Shown: one piece after another, positions 12,738-25,800 of the stretch | Numbering within the stretch: position 1 is the stretch's first letter | How the letters are laid out: each line of letters starts with the position of its first letter | DNA from: Takakia lepidozioides | Taxonomy: Eukaryota > Plantae > Bryophyta | Direction: 5' to 3' | Length of the DNA stretch: 63,675 nt | NCBI GenBank assembly: GCA_030704615.1 | Contig: CM060731.1 | Coordinates: forward strand, 70,618,001-70,681,675 | Translations under genes and position numbers: made by a program | Notes under the pieces: generated by a model | What the model was told of the DNA's origin: nothing | Seen by the model: the letters and a program-made list of their open reading frames with translations, nothing else | Database searches by the model: none

Positions 12738-13057
12738 CTCATTTTAAGATAATAGCGTCTTCAATGGGCACGTGCGAGGTGGCCGGTGGCCCCGCGCACG
12801 GACGCCCGGCTTCGCCCACGACTGCGCGCCGTCGCCCGCAGCTGTAGCGACCGCGCCCCACCAGCAGCGCACGCGCCCGCCTTGCCCGCGCCCCCGTCCA
12901 GCGCGCGGCCAGTCCCCCGCTCATGACCCAACAGTCCGCCAGTCTGCCAGTCTGCCCACCAGTCCGCTGGCCAGTCCCCTGCCATCCAGTCCGCTGACGG
13001 CGCAGGATCTCCACCGTCCGTTCCCATAACCCATCCGAACCCTCCATTTTTTGGGCT
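12738..13057 (+). repeat. Left TIR of the MULE-like element
   Basis: Reverse complement of 26352-26682. The first about 45 bp and the inner block GGATCTCCACC.TCCGTTCCCATAACCCATCCGAACCCTCCATTTTT are near-identical. Confidence 0.9.
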
Positions 13058-14631
13058 GCGAAAATGGCAATGATCTTGCCACCAAATCCCGACCTCTATC
13101 TTTTGACGGCTCTTTGTTGTCCGATATTGCGGTAGGCGTTTCCATGCACGCGACTGTTCCTCTTTTGCACCCGATGCTCATGATGATGATGCGTGCTTGA
13201 ATATGAGAGGATTGTCTCAGCACTACAGCCACCATTGTGCATATGCTTCCACTATTTTTGCCTTACTGTTGTGCTTTCGGGAACCTTCGTTTTATGGTGT
13301 GGTTCTATGTCATAAATATGGAAAATGCAGACATCTGTCCTCGATAACGTCCTCTGCTTGTGATCCGTCATGATACGTTTAGCCCCTTCGTACTGCATCC
13401 CTCATGAGAGCCTTCACAAGTTTAATTCGTTAAAAGAACCCATGGGTAACATGGGCGCGAAAATGGTGGAAGCGTATGCACATGGGGGCGTGTATTGCAG
13501 ATTTCGTATCGGACGATGAGACTGTTTACGTGACCAAGTATAGCGGTTTGCATCCGTCGTGCATAAGTTGTGGAAAATGGTGGAGAATCTAAAGAAACCT
13601 AGCTTTGTGATGGATCCACATAGTATTATATAAGGGATGGCAGCACAAAAAAGCAATACGAATCGTCACGGAACACCATCCAGTCCTAAGGTCCTCAAAC
13701 ATCCACACGCACCTGCTGAATGCAGATGTCTGAGCCACGACGGGAGTAGGTGCATAATTGGTATATTGTCGCATTTGCCAGGAGACGGACCAGGCTGAGA
13801 CAATTGCATCCGTAACTGCGCGTGGATGTTTGAGGTCCGTTGTGCCGCGAGTCTATTCGTAGTGGGTTCGCTGGCCCGCCAGTGCTCCGGATATTCCCCT
13901 TATCGCGTGCATAACAGTTAGTTTGGAGGCGGTCTGCTGGAAGTCTGTCTGTTGGGATATCAGTCTGTCGCACTTGTGAATTTGTCAGTTTGTTGTGTCG
14001 GAAGTTTGTTGCAGTAAGTCTGTTCGACTTTTTATTTTCCCTCTAGTTAGTCTTTTGGCTTGTTCTCCCGCCAGTCTGGCGAAACGTCTGTCTGCTGGAC
14101 AGTTCTTCTCTATGGATTTCAGTCTGTTGGACTGTGCATGCATCAATCTGTTGTGCCGCGAGTCTGTTCGCAATGGGTGTATTCGACTTTCCTGTTTGTC
14201 CTTTACTCTCTTTTGTCTTCATTCCGCCCGCTTCTTTGCAAACCGGTCTGCTGAACCGGAGGTGTGCTCGACAATCAATCCCCGATGGATATCAGTCTGT
14301 TCGCCTGGTACTTTGTCAGTCTAGTCTGCCACCAGTCTCTTCGCAGTGTATCTGCCGGCAGGGAAGTGCCTCCAATATTCAAAGCCGCTTCGCCTCAATC
14401 AGTTTTATCGTTAGTCTGTTGAACTTACAGTCTGCTGGAAGTCTGTCTGTGGGACTCCTCATTTTCTCTGTCTATTGTGCCGGAAGTCTATTGGAAGTGG
14501 GTCTCTTCCACCTTCTTGTTTTCCCCTCAGTCCCCTCAGTTGAATGTCCTTCCAGTATTCTGCCTTCTTCTCCTGTCGGTCTGTTGAAGCAAAGTTTTTT
14601 TTCATAGATAGCAGTCTGTTGGACTGTCGCT

Positions 14632-15378
14632 GGGTGAATGCAAGGTTGACTGGACCAAAATGGACGTTACCGGCACAGTTTTAGATGACTGCAATTGATG
14701 GTGTCATGAATTGAATTTGAATTAACTCATTAAAACCAACAAATATATATTTCATTGGATTCCTAGCTTCAATATGCACCCATAGCAACTCTCCAATCAT
14801 AAATTCGATAAGAAATGACTCCGCTATGGACTTTTGAACACTGTCATTGTGGACTGTTACCGCAATGAATAGAGTTACAATGGACTCAAGTTCTCCTATG
14901 TGCCATTGGTGGATTCCATTGAAATTTGGACATAAGGTGGCCATTTTGGTCCACATCTTAGGTATGGATTTGAAGTGGCAAAATCATCTGTCATTTGACT
15001 CATATGGACTAATATATATAAAAACAATAGGCGTTTTTTGAAAAGTCCATAGCTCATCTTGTTTTTTGGATTTTGGGTGTCATTTTTTTTCTAGAACTAT
15101 AAAAACCTATAATCTTCAATGGCTAGGTGGCATATTGATTTTTTTTTGTAAACTCTAATTTTTAGTTTTTCATAATTTTTCTAAATAATAGACTAAAATA
15201 TTTAATAAATTATATCTTTAATATTTGGGATAGGACTCTTTACTAAATATGTTCAGTATACCATTATCTATCACTAAAAAGATATTTTGGATAGTATCCT
15301 CAACTTTTTGGTTTTTGGTCATGGACTTTCATGGAGCAGGATCTGCCGTTTTTGGTCCACTCAACCTTGCAACTGCCC
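14632..15378. mobile_element. 747-bp AT-rich MITE with GGG...CCC ends and 4-bp TSD (CGCT)
   Basis: TIR GGGTGAATGCAAGGTTGACTGGACCAAAA versus TTTTGGTCCACTCAACCTTGCAACTGCCC. CGCT lies at 14628-14631 and 15379-15382. The rejoined site matches the host repeat at about 14121-14160. Confidence 0.8.
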
Positions 15379-16358
15379 CGCTGTATCAGTCTGTTGTGCC
15401 GCCAGTGCGTTCGCTAGTCTAGTCAACTTTCCTATTTTCCTCTTGGTCTCTTTTGTCGTCAGTCCGCCCGCTGAACTGTCCGTCTGCTCCACAATCGTGT
15501 TGTATGGATCATGTCAGTCATTCTGCCCGTCAATTTGTCACTCAGTCCTGCCACGAGTCTTCTCGCAGTGGGTCTGCCGACCCACCACTGCATTCCATAT
15601 GTCGCGTATCTACCAGTCTGCTTGGGGTTCCGTCTCTTGTGATGTGTCTGTTGGGAGTTATTTTATCAGTCCTCCGTTTAGTCAGTCCTTTCGGTGTGGG
15701 TGTGGTGGACCGTCATTCTGAACACGTGGTAGCTTTCTAGACCGAGTAAATGCCAGTACTGCGGCAATCAGGCGCCAATGATATCACGCCATGTCATCAG
15801 TCTGCTCTTCGTCTCTAATGCTTTTGTCGTTATACAGTCGGCCCGCTGGACCGTCGGTCTGCTGTGCAGTCGGTCCGGTGGACTCTCGGCCCGATGGGAA
15901 ATGAGTCTGCTGCACGTGTGAGGACCGTGGATGAATTTAGTATGATGCATTTGTTCGGTGGACGTATTCAATGCGATGACGGCGGATAGTTGGCGCCTGT
16001 GAAATCGCGCCACGTTGGCAGTGCCGTGCCAACTTTCCCCCTTCTACTTCTACTTTCTTCTCATGCTCCCTGTATCGACTCCATTCTCTTCGCGCCTGTT
16101 TCTTCACACTGTTTCGTTTTTCTCTTTGCGTTTCCATCACCGTAACAAAAGAGGGCCGTTCTTCCCCAGGTGTGGAGAGTCGCGGTGAGCCGCAAAGCGT
16201 CGCAAACACGGTCGCCTTCATAACAATTTGAAGTTCATCGGCTCGGTGAGCTGTTTCCATTCCATTCTGTGTCTTTTTCTTGCTTAGGATGAGTTTAACA
16301 TTTTCGTAGGACCTCTGTCTGTCGCTCATTGTCCTTGCACCCTCGTTTCATTTTGCAG

Positions 16359-19300
16359 CAATGGAGGATGCTTGTGAAAAGGGTGGAGCGGACTGGGTGG
16401 ATTTTGTGCACCAAACCAGATTGAAGAAGGAGCGAAGATACTGGTACTCACCAGAGGAGTTTGATCATAAAATAGTGGAAACATTTGTAGACCTCCGCGC
16501 CCGGAAGCCCAAAAATTCGAATTGGCAGAAGGACAAGCTCTTCTGTCCTTTCTGTGAAGAAGTATCAAGGACAAAATCCACCTAAATCGGCATTGTGTTG
16601 ACACGGGTTGCAAGGAGACTGTTGCAATGATTCCACTGGATTTCAAGCCTTAGCCGATACTGAAAGAAATGTCGATTGTCAAAGAGGCCACAATGCGCAT
16701 GCACGGATCAGTGCTTGACCCCTGCACTTTGGAATTAGACGAAGTGCGCGCACGGTATGGCGTCCGTTCTGGTGGGCCGTCAATGGAGGATGTGTAAGTG
16801 CAGGGAACGCCGGACGCTGCTAGAAAACATAAACTGAGTGATGGGGCCCAAAAAAAAGAGAGGCAAAAAAAGGAGAAGGCTGCAAGGTCTGCTCGCGAGG
16901 CAAGGGCAAAATCCACGCAGCAGACTCAACCCCATCCTGGGCGGCAGACCCACACCATCAGTACTGATATTGAAAGTGAATCTGCTCAGGGCGAGCAAAC
17001 CATTATCCAGAATGATGACTTCGAAGGCTTGGAAGAGGTGACAAGTCCAGTGGACATTGACTTGCCTGACTAGACTGGGCAGCAAACTCACACAAATATC
17101 GCGACCCATGCCAGAGGTTTAGGGTCAAAACCAAAAACTCAACAGAGCACTGAAGGGCCAGTCTGCCCTGGCACATTGCGCTTCCTTGACTTTGGGCTTT
17201 TCCCACCAAAGTGCCCACCAATTGGGGATCCAGACTTCTTCCGTTATTTCTACAGAGTTGCCCAGTCAGGTCTGCTACGCACATTCATCCGACAGGCGGA
17301 ACAGAATTGGTTGAACAGTTTTGAAGATGAAGATGACGATGAAGAAGTAGAGGAGGTAATGGTCAGTCTGACCACCCAGTTTGTTCTCTGTGCTGTTTAC
17401 TGTGCTGTTTAAGTCCATCATGGGGGTCATGTTGCCTGATCAGTCTGGTCAATCCGTTGCGTTCTTTCCTCAGTCTGCTGGCTCAGTTCGCTCGTCAGTC
17501 AGTTAATTTTATATTGCTGCATTACTTCTTGAGTCCGTTTGTCAGTCCGCTGGTACAGTCCACTGGTACAATCTACTAGTTGGCTCCACCATATGTACGC
17601 ACGTTACGTCTGTGAGTCTGCTGGTCTGTGAGTCCAGTCCGTTGCATGAGGTGAATATAGAGTCCACGTCCAAGTTCTCTGCCGTGTACCAGGATAAACG
17701 TGTTTCTATTCGTAGGGCCATTCAGGCTTGGCGGATACCGAGCAATGATGCTCCTTTACAAGCGACTGCGGTGCGTGCAGAAGTGGACCATGTGCGGGAG
17801 TACATATTGTTGAAGTATCCTGGGTCATCTGCTGCTATAGCGGCATTACATATTCAAGACGCGTCGGGGGGGAATGAGTCTGGGACAGTCGAGTATGCCA
17901 TCCAGCAGACTCCCATTCAGCAGACCGTCATCCAGCAGACTCCAACGACTCCTAACGAGCAGCCTGTCATCCTGCAGACTTCAATGCAGCCCATCATGCA
18001 CATTGCAGTCTCCATTGTAGCCCATCATGCAGCCCATGCCCATGGGAAGACCTGTCATCCAACAGACTGCGGACTAGCAAACTGATAGCCAGCAGATTGA
18101 CTAGTAGACTGCCTTTCTCCCACATAGCATGGCTCTTTTTGCAATTTGGCGATTGCCATCACCGGTAATTTGACCCGGAGCTGAAGACCTCACACTTCCC
18201 CGGCTTAGGACCTGGGAGAAATTAATCCCCATTTGGATTGGCATAATGAGCTCCACCGGATTGTTGCGGACCGCCGGTGGTCATTTGTACCCTTTCATTA
18301 TTCCATGGAGTTTTCTATTGAGGAAGCCAACCATGTTCTAGAAGCCGCCTCTGCTGCTGCCATTGAAGCCACAACCGTCCAAATGCGTCGCCTCTACTTG
18401 TGTAGCTGATTCTCATGGATGACCCACGGCCTGAAGACCTCAGACGTATGCATATGGCACATCCAACCTTTGGGGTGTGAAGAAAGCATTTGTTCGGATT
18501 GACTGAGGAGGATTTTGAGCGCATGACAACTTCCTTCCTACAACACAGATGGATGCAATTTGGCAATTTCCACTCGCACAACAAGTTGATGAAGGATCTG
18601 CATAGTTTGAGGATGGACTTACTCATGGAACAGACCATTCACAGAAGTTTGTGGTGGATGACGCATTGCAGTGGTTTGCATTGGTGATGGAGCGAGCAGT
18701 ATTCAACATTGTTTTGCAGAATCCCAATGTCTTTAAAGTCCTATGGTGTGGGACCCCCACTGAAGACCGCATCGGCGCCATCGCTCATCTCGATGGAGCA
18801 TGCTTGTGCCGGCAAATCAAGGACATTGGCCTTGTTAGAAATCTCTTGGAAGGTAAAATATTCCGGGAATCTTTTGTGTTTCAGCTCCATTTCTTTTGCC
18901 CATTTGCAGAAACATGTGTTACAGGACGAGTTGATATGGGAGACAAGCAAGTGCAGGCTGCTTTCAACTCTTTTGCCGAAGGTGCAAGGGACCTTGTCTT
19001 GGCTTTACAAAGAGATCGGGAGACTGTCCAGCAGACTGACCACGAAAATGTCCAACAACATATTCCCCACAACACATGTGGGCAGACTGCCCAAATGCTG
19101 GAGACCGAGCATGTGCACCAGACCGTCCCTGGTAATAGGCCGGACCACTCCTAGCAGAATGCCGAGCACACACATACTCAGTATGTACAAACACTACTGA
19201 GCGGGCAGCGAATTTTGCAGACTTTGCAGTAGGCCGACGAACAGACCGGCCAACAGACTACCCCTCAGTCGACTGTGCAGCAGACCAGCAAACATGGCTA

Positions 19301-22095
19301 GCAGAGTGCCCCTCAGCAGACTGTGCAGCAGACCGGCAAACCCAGCCAGCAGATTGCCCCTCAGCAGACTGTGCAGCACACTGGCGAACCCACTCAGCAG
19401 ATGGCCGAACATACTGTCCAGGAGACTAACAGCCAGTCTGTTCACTGGATTGTGCAATAGACTCGGATGCATTGGCCTCACCGGGACCCTGTGGACGAAT
19501 TTCTGCAGAGTTCCCAACAACATGTTTTTGGATCTGCCAGTATGAGTGTTTTGAGCAAGTCCACTTTTTCCCCAGGCACATTCACTGACGACGTCATCAG
19601 GTCACTGGTAAAACATTCTTATCCAGCTCCCCGTGGCCTGCCTTTTATGACCTTCCAGCTCAGTCCCGTTTTCGTGCGCTCAGTGGCGAAAGCCATAGAT
19701 GAGTCTTACGTGATGACCGAACTCAATCTGGGAACGCAAAACCGTATCATAGATCTTACAGAAGAGTCTGAGGATGCAATTGCCGGTGGGTCTTCCATAC
19801 ATGTTCATGATGTTTCCCAAGTCCATGGAGAAGCCTACAAGATCATAATACCCAGCCGGCTGTCCACCAGATTGACCAGCACACTGAACAGTCAACACAT
19901 GGAAGGACTACCGAGCAACCTGCGGCGGGCCAGCAGACTGTCTGCATTGATGAGCGGACTGAACCACAGACTAACCAGCAAACTGCACGGCCTGACCAGC
20001 ACACTGTTCACTTCACAGAGGGAAGGACTGACAACCACCCTGCCACCGAGCACAGTGCCCACATTGATGAAGAGACTGAACTACAGAGTCGCCAGCAGAC
20101 TGCACAGTTCACAGACGGAAGGACTGACGAAGAACCAGCGGCCGAGCAGAACCCACATTGAGCAACAGACTGAACATGCTGGTAGGCACACTGACGAGGA
20201 ACCACATGCGGCGCAGACACAGTCTGGTATAACGCTGGATTACATAGAATCTGCTCCCTCACCCCTTGGGCAGGTTGTGCTGTTTCCTCTTTCAGCACTG
20301 TTGTTTATGTTTTAGCACATTGTGAAATTGGGCTAATTTGCCATTTTGCTCGGTATCCTCACAGGATGATCGTCCCTCCGTCGGTAGACTGTCTACTTCT
20401 GAGGACGTGACATCTTCCGCCTATGCTGCAAACGTGGGATCGACAACCAAGAAAGGTGTGGTGGTGAGCACGCCCCCCGATGTGAGGGTTAGTTCTATGC
20501 ATGCGACCCACAAAACTGCAAAGACAGGTCCAGCAAGTGTAAACAAACCTGCTGACCAGCTTCTGTTGCGAAGTAGGGCGGCAACGCTACGTTTGTCTGC
20601 TCTATCCAGCCCGCCTACAGCTGTCCTTGCTTCCTAGGGGAGAGGCAAAGCCAAGAAGTGGACTGTTGTGGACCATGCTGAGGAGGTTGAGGAGGGTCCG
20701 AGTACCAAGAGACCGGCGAAGAAAAAGTCTGGCGTCTTTATGAACAAGAACCGCAAGCTGGCCTTGGACATGGACAAAGATGTGGGTCGTTTCCTGGAGC
20801 AGCACAGGTGAGTACTGTACTCAGTCTCCTCGTTTGTCTTTGTCGTTAAGTGCTTTGCGGTCTGTTGTGGTCAGTCTTGTCACCCTGCTCGGTCTGTCAT
20901 GTTCTGCACAGTCTGCTCTGCAAACCGGTCTGTTGTACTTAGTCTGCCAGTACTCTCAGTCTCGTGCGGAAGTGAGTGTTCAGTCTACTGATGAACTGTT
21001 CAGCCTGTAGAGTGTTTGGTACCATGTTGACGTCGGTCTGTTCAGTACATGAGGTTTCCCGAAGGATGGTCTGCTCTGTGCAAGATGGGTGCTCAGTTTG
21101 GCAAAGCACATGCTATGCACGTCAAGGCGGGTAATTCCATGCTGATGTTTTTTGAAGAGGACCCACGGTTTGAATGCGGACTGTCTCCGGATGACATAAA
21201 GGCGCTCCGAAAGGTTGAGTCAAAGTGCACAAATAGATTCATGGAGTAGAGGTGTCGATTCTATAAGAAGTCGGTTGAGGTAAGACTATTGCTGTTCTTC
21301 CAACGTCGGCTTGGACGGTGTTGAAGTCATTGGGGGCGGGGCAACATGAAAGCCTTCTGGAGGTCTTCAAAGGTTGCCTCAGCACTGAACGACTGGGCAA
21401 GGACTTGAAAGAGTGCAATTTTATTTTGGTGCCAATGGACAAATAAGAACTCTTCCGAGTCTGCTGAGACTGAGTCTCTTGAGTCAGAGTCTGGTTTCGC
21501 AATGTCCTCTTGACTCTGAGCGATTAAATTGACCTCTATATCTGTCCAGTGGACAAGGTTTGAAGATTGAGTCTGCTGAGTCAGCTGAGTGCTCAGTCTG
21601 CTGGGTGTCAATCTGCTGAGTCTGCCCATCATGACTGTGCAATGACGCCACGTTCTTTGATATCATTGCACGGGGCACTGGGGTGTTTGTATCATCGACC
21701 TCCACAAGGGCTGTTACACTCACCTGAACTCTATCAGGGACATGCATAGTTGTCCCTTTGTTCTAGGGTGGATTCGGAAGCTTCATGCTGAGTGCTTAGG
21801 GTACTCGATGGACTCACCGGAGTGGCACGAGATTTTCCAAGCATTTCAGTTCCACGCGCCTGATGTGCCCCAACAACCATTCAGCTAGGAGTGTGGCTTT
21901 TATGTCATGTCATTCATTCAAGTGTTTTATAAGTGGGCAAAAGTCAGAGGAAATGTCTCCAAGACTGCAAAGCCAGAGAGAGGAACACCTTTCACGAATG
22001 ACTGGTTTACTTTCAAGTTTGCACTTCGGCAGCAAATGCAGTGTGCCCAGTATATCATGCGGGGGTTGGACAATCTAGAGAAACTGCTCTCATGA
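16359..22095 (+). pseudogene. Transposon-borne multi-exon gene with N-terminal C2H2-like finger and C-terminal Ulp1/peptidase C48 (SUMO protease) domain
   Basis: FCPFCEEVSRTKS..RHC near 16541. Putative exons at about 16359-17356, 17693-19181, 19509-20272, 20364-20807, 21046-21440 and 21672-22095. The last exons encode DLKECNFILVPMD / GHWGVCIIDLHKGCYTHLNSI...VPQQPFS*ECGFYVMSFI (Ulp1 HW, D, Q and CG motifs). In-frame TAG at 21886, other stops and mutated splice sites present. May represent more than one gene. Confidence 0.75.
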
Positions 22096-22605
22096 GTATG
22101 ATGTACTTGTCCTATGAAGTCTGTGTACTGAAAATAAAAAATGCGAGTCTTTTCGCTTACTATTCCAGTGGTGATTGACGAGCACTTTTGTGTACTGTGG
22201 GTGCTGGCATGTTTTGTAATGTTGTCACTAGACTCAATGGACACAATGGTCTCAATTTTTTCATGCATTGTGCACCCGAGTCTGCTGAGCTTGAATGTGC
22301 AAGCAGTATGCTGCCGAGGCTTGGACTGGTGGGTCTGGTACCTAGTCTGGTAGGCACCATGTCCATGAGTCCGTTGGGACACTGGATGGGCATGAGTCGT
22401 TAGGGAGGTAGTCCACTGGGAGCGTGTCCATTTTGAGTCTGCTGTTGTGGATGAGTCTGCTTGAGACTTAGTTTGTCCAGTAGTCTGCTGGGAGAGTTGC
22501 AGGGATGAGGTGGGAGTGTGGTGAGCAGATGTTTGGAGTGGATAGCGAACTGGGCAGCAGAGTGACTAGCAGACTGGCTTACTGGCGTGTGCAGTCTGCG
22601 GACCG

Positions 22606-22790
22606 TGAGTCTGTTGGGAGACTGTGTGTGAGTCCATTGGGAGACTATGTAAGAGTCCGCTGGGAGACTGTGTGGGAGTCAGTTGGGAAACTGTGGAGGA
22701 GTCCATTGGGAGACTGTGCAGGAGTCCATTAGGGGACTCTGCAGCCGTCTGATGGGAGTTTGTGCCGGAGTCTGCTGGGATTGTGGAGAC
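22606..22790. repeat. 23-bp minisatellite (about 8 copies) between the convergent MULE genes
   Basis: Units such as GTGAGTCCATTGGGAGACTGTGT. Most carry an inverted AGTC/GACT pair. Confidence 0.8.
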
Positions 22791-22875
22791 TGTAGATGAG
22801 TACTGTTAATGTGCACATGAAAGTGGACGGACTTGTATTTCAGAATGGGCTTATGCTACCACAGGAATTGCATAA

Positions 22876-25800
22876 TTATATTGTCTTCTTGGTGACACCT
22901 ACATGACTTGAAACCTTGTGAATTTTCGAGTATATATGTGCTGCAGGTGCAGGTGCAGACACCCTCTTGGTGGTTCTCCGCAAAACCCTAGGCTGGATTT
23001 TCCAGGCCTCCACGAAATCTCGTCTCATTTTCAGAGACATGTTGTTGTTGTCGTTAAGAGGATGGAAAGCCTTCGCTGCCGCAAGGTGCAACATTCCAGC
23101 TGTACTTTTCGCCATGATATCAACAAGCTGCCCTCTGCACATACAAAGAGCAGATCGGGCATGTGCCTCCACGTATTTGTCATCATCTACAATGCGAAGT
23201 ATGTCTGCAAATTCTTGTTCCATTGAGGCTGAGACCTCCAGAGGTGCCTCGTCGTAGGGGAAGTCGTCCGGAGGAGGTCTTTCCATGAACTGATTAGATT
23301 CGTCGTTGACGCCGATACCATTGCCTAAGAGCAAGTTAGATAATCCTCCATGAATGGTTCCCAGTGCCATGCCACAAGCGCGCACAAGGAGGCCATCATG
23401 CAGGTCAGGGTGAAGCATCTTCAGGACACGGACCTGATGCTTGCATAAGCTTCCCTTCATTGCCCATGGGCACGTGCAACAAGCCCAATCGCAATCAGGA
23501 TTGTAAACAATGTATGTTGTGCCGGGGTGGTTGTTGCTGAGAATGTAGGCTGGTTCACCAAGACTCAAGGGAAGAGTAGCATTCTCAGCAGGAATGTCTC
23601 GTGCTGCAAGTATAGAACTGGAAATGTATTTTTTGTGTTTGTCATTTCTTATGAACCCGTGGGTCTTCAAATGGATTGCGTACCAGTAGTGTGTTAGCAC
23701 ACGGCCAGTGAGCTCCCATATAAGCCAGTCCACTCTACGACCACTCATCTTGTCTTTCCCCATGGCAAGTCTTGCCTTCAGATTTCCATGGTATGCCTCA
23801 ATGCTGGCGTTTGTGTCTTGGCTGGCATGAGGGACATGGCGCATCTTTCCTTCGCCTCTTCCAGGCCTTAGACATCCCCCACCTGCAGCGCTCTTATCCT
23901 TAGCCTCTGCAGACTTCTTAGTTGTGGTTATGGGGCTGTTGTACACCACATTGCTATTTTGGGCTTCCAGTACTGCTCGATCGTTTTCTTGCATGATTGC
24001 TTCACTCGGAGTGGACTGGTACAACGACCTGTATCAGCGGGCAGAGCCACTGGACTCACCCAGTGGATAGTACAATGCCATGACCTTGATGTGTTGGAAT
24101 AACCCCATTGGACTACCCAATGGACTTCCCCGTTGGACTTCCCCGTAGCTAGGACTGGGGCAACAGACTGCATCAGCGGATTGCCCCATTGGACTGCCAC
24201 AACAAACTACCAAGCGGACCCACATCGGACTTGCCAGCGGACTGCCGAGCGGACTTGCCAGGGACTGTCGAGTGGACTTGGCAGCGGACTTGCCAGCAGA
24301 CTGCCGAGTGGACTTGACAGCGGACTGCCAAACGGATTTGCCACAGACTGCTGAGTGGACTTCCCAGCGGACTTGCCGGGGACTGCCAAAGGACTTGCCA
24401 ACGAACTGCCGAGCGGACTATCAGCGGACTTGTATGAATCGTCTGGCGCAGTGGACTGACCCAGTCCACTGACCCACTGGATGACTTGGCCAGTGGATTT
24501 TCCCAGCGAACTGCCATCGGGGTTCGCCACAAGAGCTTGCCAGTGGAATGTTGCAATGGACTGCTGCAGTGGACCTCGACAATGGACCGGTGCTATGGAC
24601 CAACAAACTTACCGAATAGCGTTGATTTCTGCGTCGGCATTGTCCACAATGAAGGCATTGGGTCGCCAGCTCGGCATATCTGTGAGGAGTGAATCGCGCA
24701 AGGCTCTCATCCACGGCACCAGGTCTGTTGTCCGATTACTCACGGATAGGATATAGGCAACTGGTATACCGTTCAACCACTCGTCGAAGACCATCAACGT
24801 GTACAATGGGAACTGTTGGAATGCACAATGTCAGATGGTCAGAGCATGCAAATTCCGCTTAGTTCTACACCAGAAGACTTCATAAGAGTGATGAGGTCTG
24901 CAGCGGTTCACAGTGGGTCTGCCCCTCGGTCTTCTGCAACGTACACATGAAAACATACAGAAAGGGTCAGCACACCAAATTTTATGTGAATGCTGCATGG
25001 TACTATGCTATCATGCTCCCACAAGTCCATGGAATCGTTCGAATAGTATCTTGTCATGATTTGTCCCAAAGGTTGCATGCGATACGGACATGTCCTAATT
25101 CCAGCATTCATCGTTTCTGCCACGGAGTCTGTATGCCAATAGTGGATGTCAAATCTCCATCAAAATGCGAATGTTGGCTCTAATTTCTCCTCTTGATAGA
25201 AAAGGATTCTGGTCTCTCCACATGCGCACACTCTCCGCATCATCGGCGTGCTTTTTGAAGGTTTGCCATGCACGTTTCTCGGCAAGGTTGCGAACATCTT
25301 GCTCCAACAAGAAATCATCACGGGTCCATGCATTGCCCAAGCCGGTGTTGTGCATCACGTGCTCTTTATGCTCCATCATGATTTGGGCGACCGACATGCC
25401 TCGGCACAAACACTCGACGACCCAGGCTTTCAATTCCTCGCTAATGTGTGGTGCATAAGCGTGGTGGGTGTTCCTGAACTCAGCGGACTTCCCATGCGAG
25501 GATTTCCCTTGCGCATCTGTATGCTCCATGTTGTTGAAATACGTGAGAACACAGATGTCAGGGGCGAGATAGCATTGCTGGACCTTGAAACAGCATTGAC
25601 AACCACACTTATAAGACTCTCCATACTCCGACTTCTTTCTCTTTGGGCCTTTATGAGGGCAAGATGTTCCAGCACCCACAATAGGTCCTCCACACTTCAG
25701 TTTTGGATCCTCCACTATTGCCTTGTTGGTGCGCTTGTCATCAGGACCGTAATAGCATTGATACCTGGACATAAAATTCAAAAATCGATATCCAACGACT

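Noticed and set aside
12739-13047. Paralogous ORFs ending HVPxEDAIILK here and at 26295-26681
   Set aside because: Artefact of GC-rich TIRs read in opposite directions.
13760-13835. RINGv-like YCRICQETDQ peptide inside the MULE
   Set aside because: Only the first CxxC is present and no frame continues the motif. Too short to call.
21886-21888. Stop-codon readthrough or RNA editing rescuing Ulp1 and the transposases
   Set aside because: Frameshifts and broken splice sites accompany the stops, so simple decay explains them.
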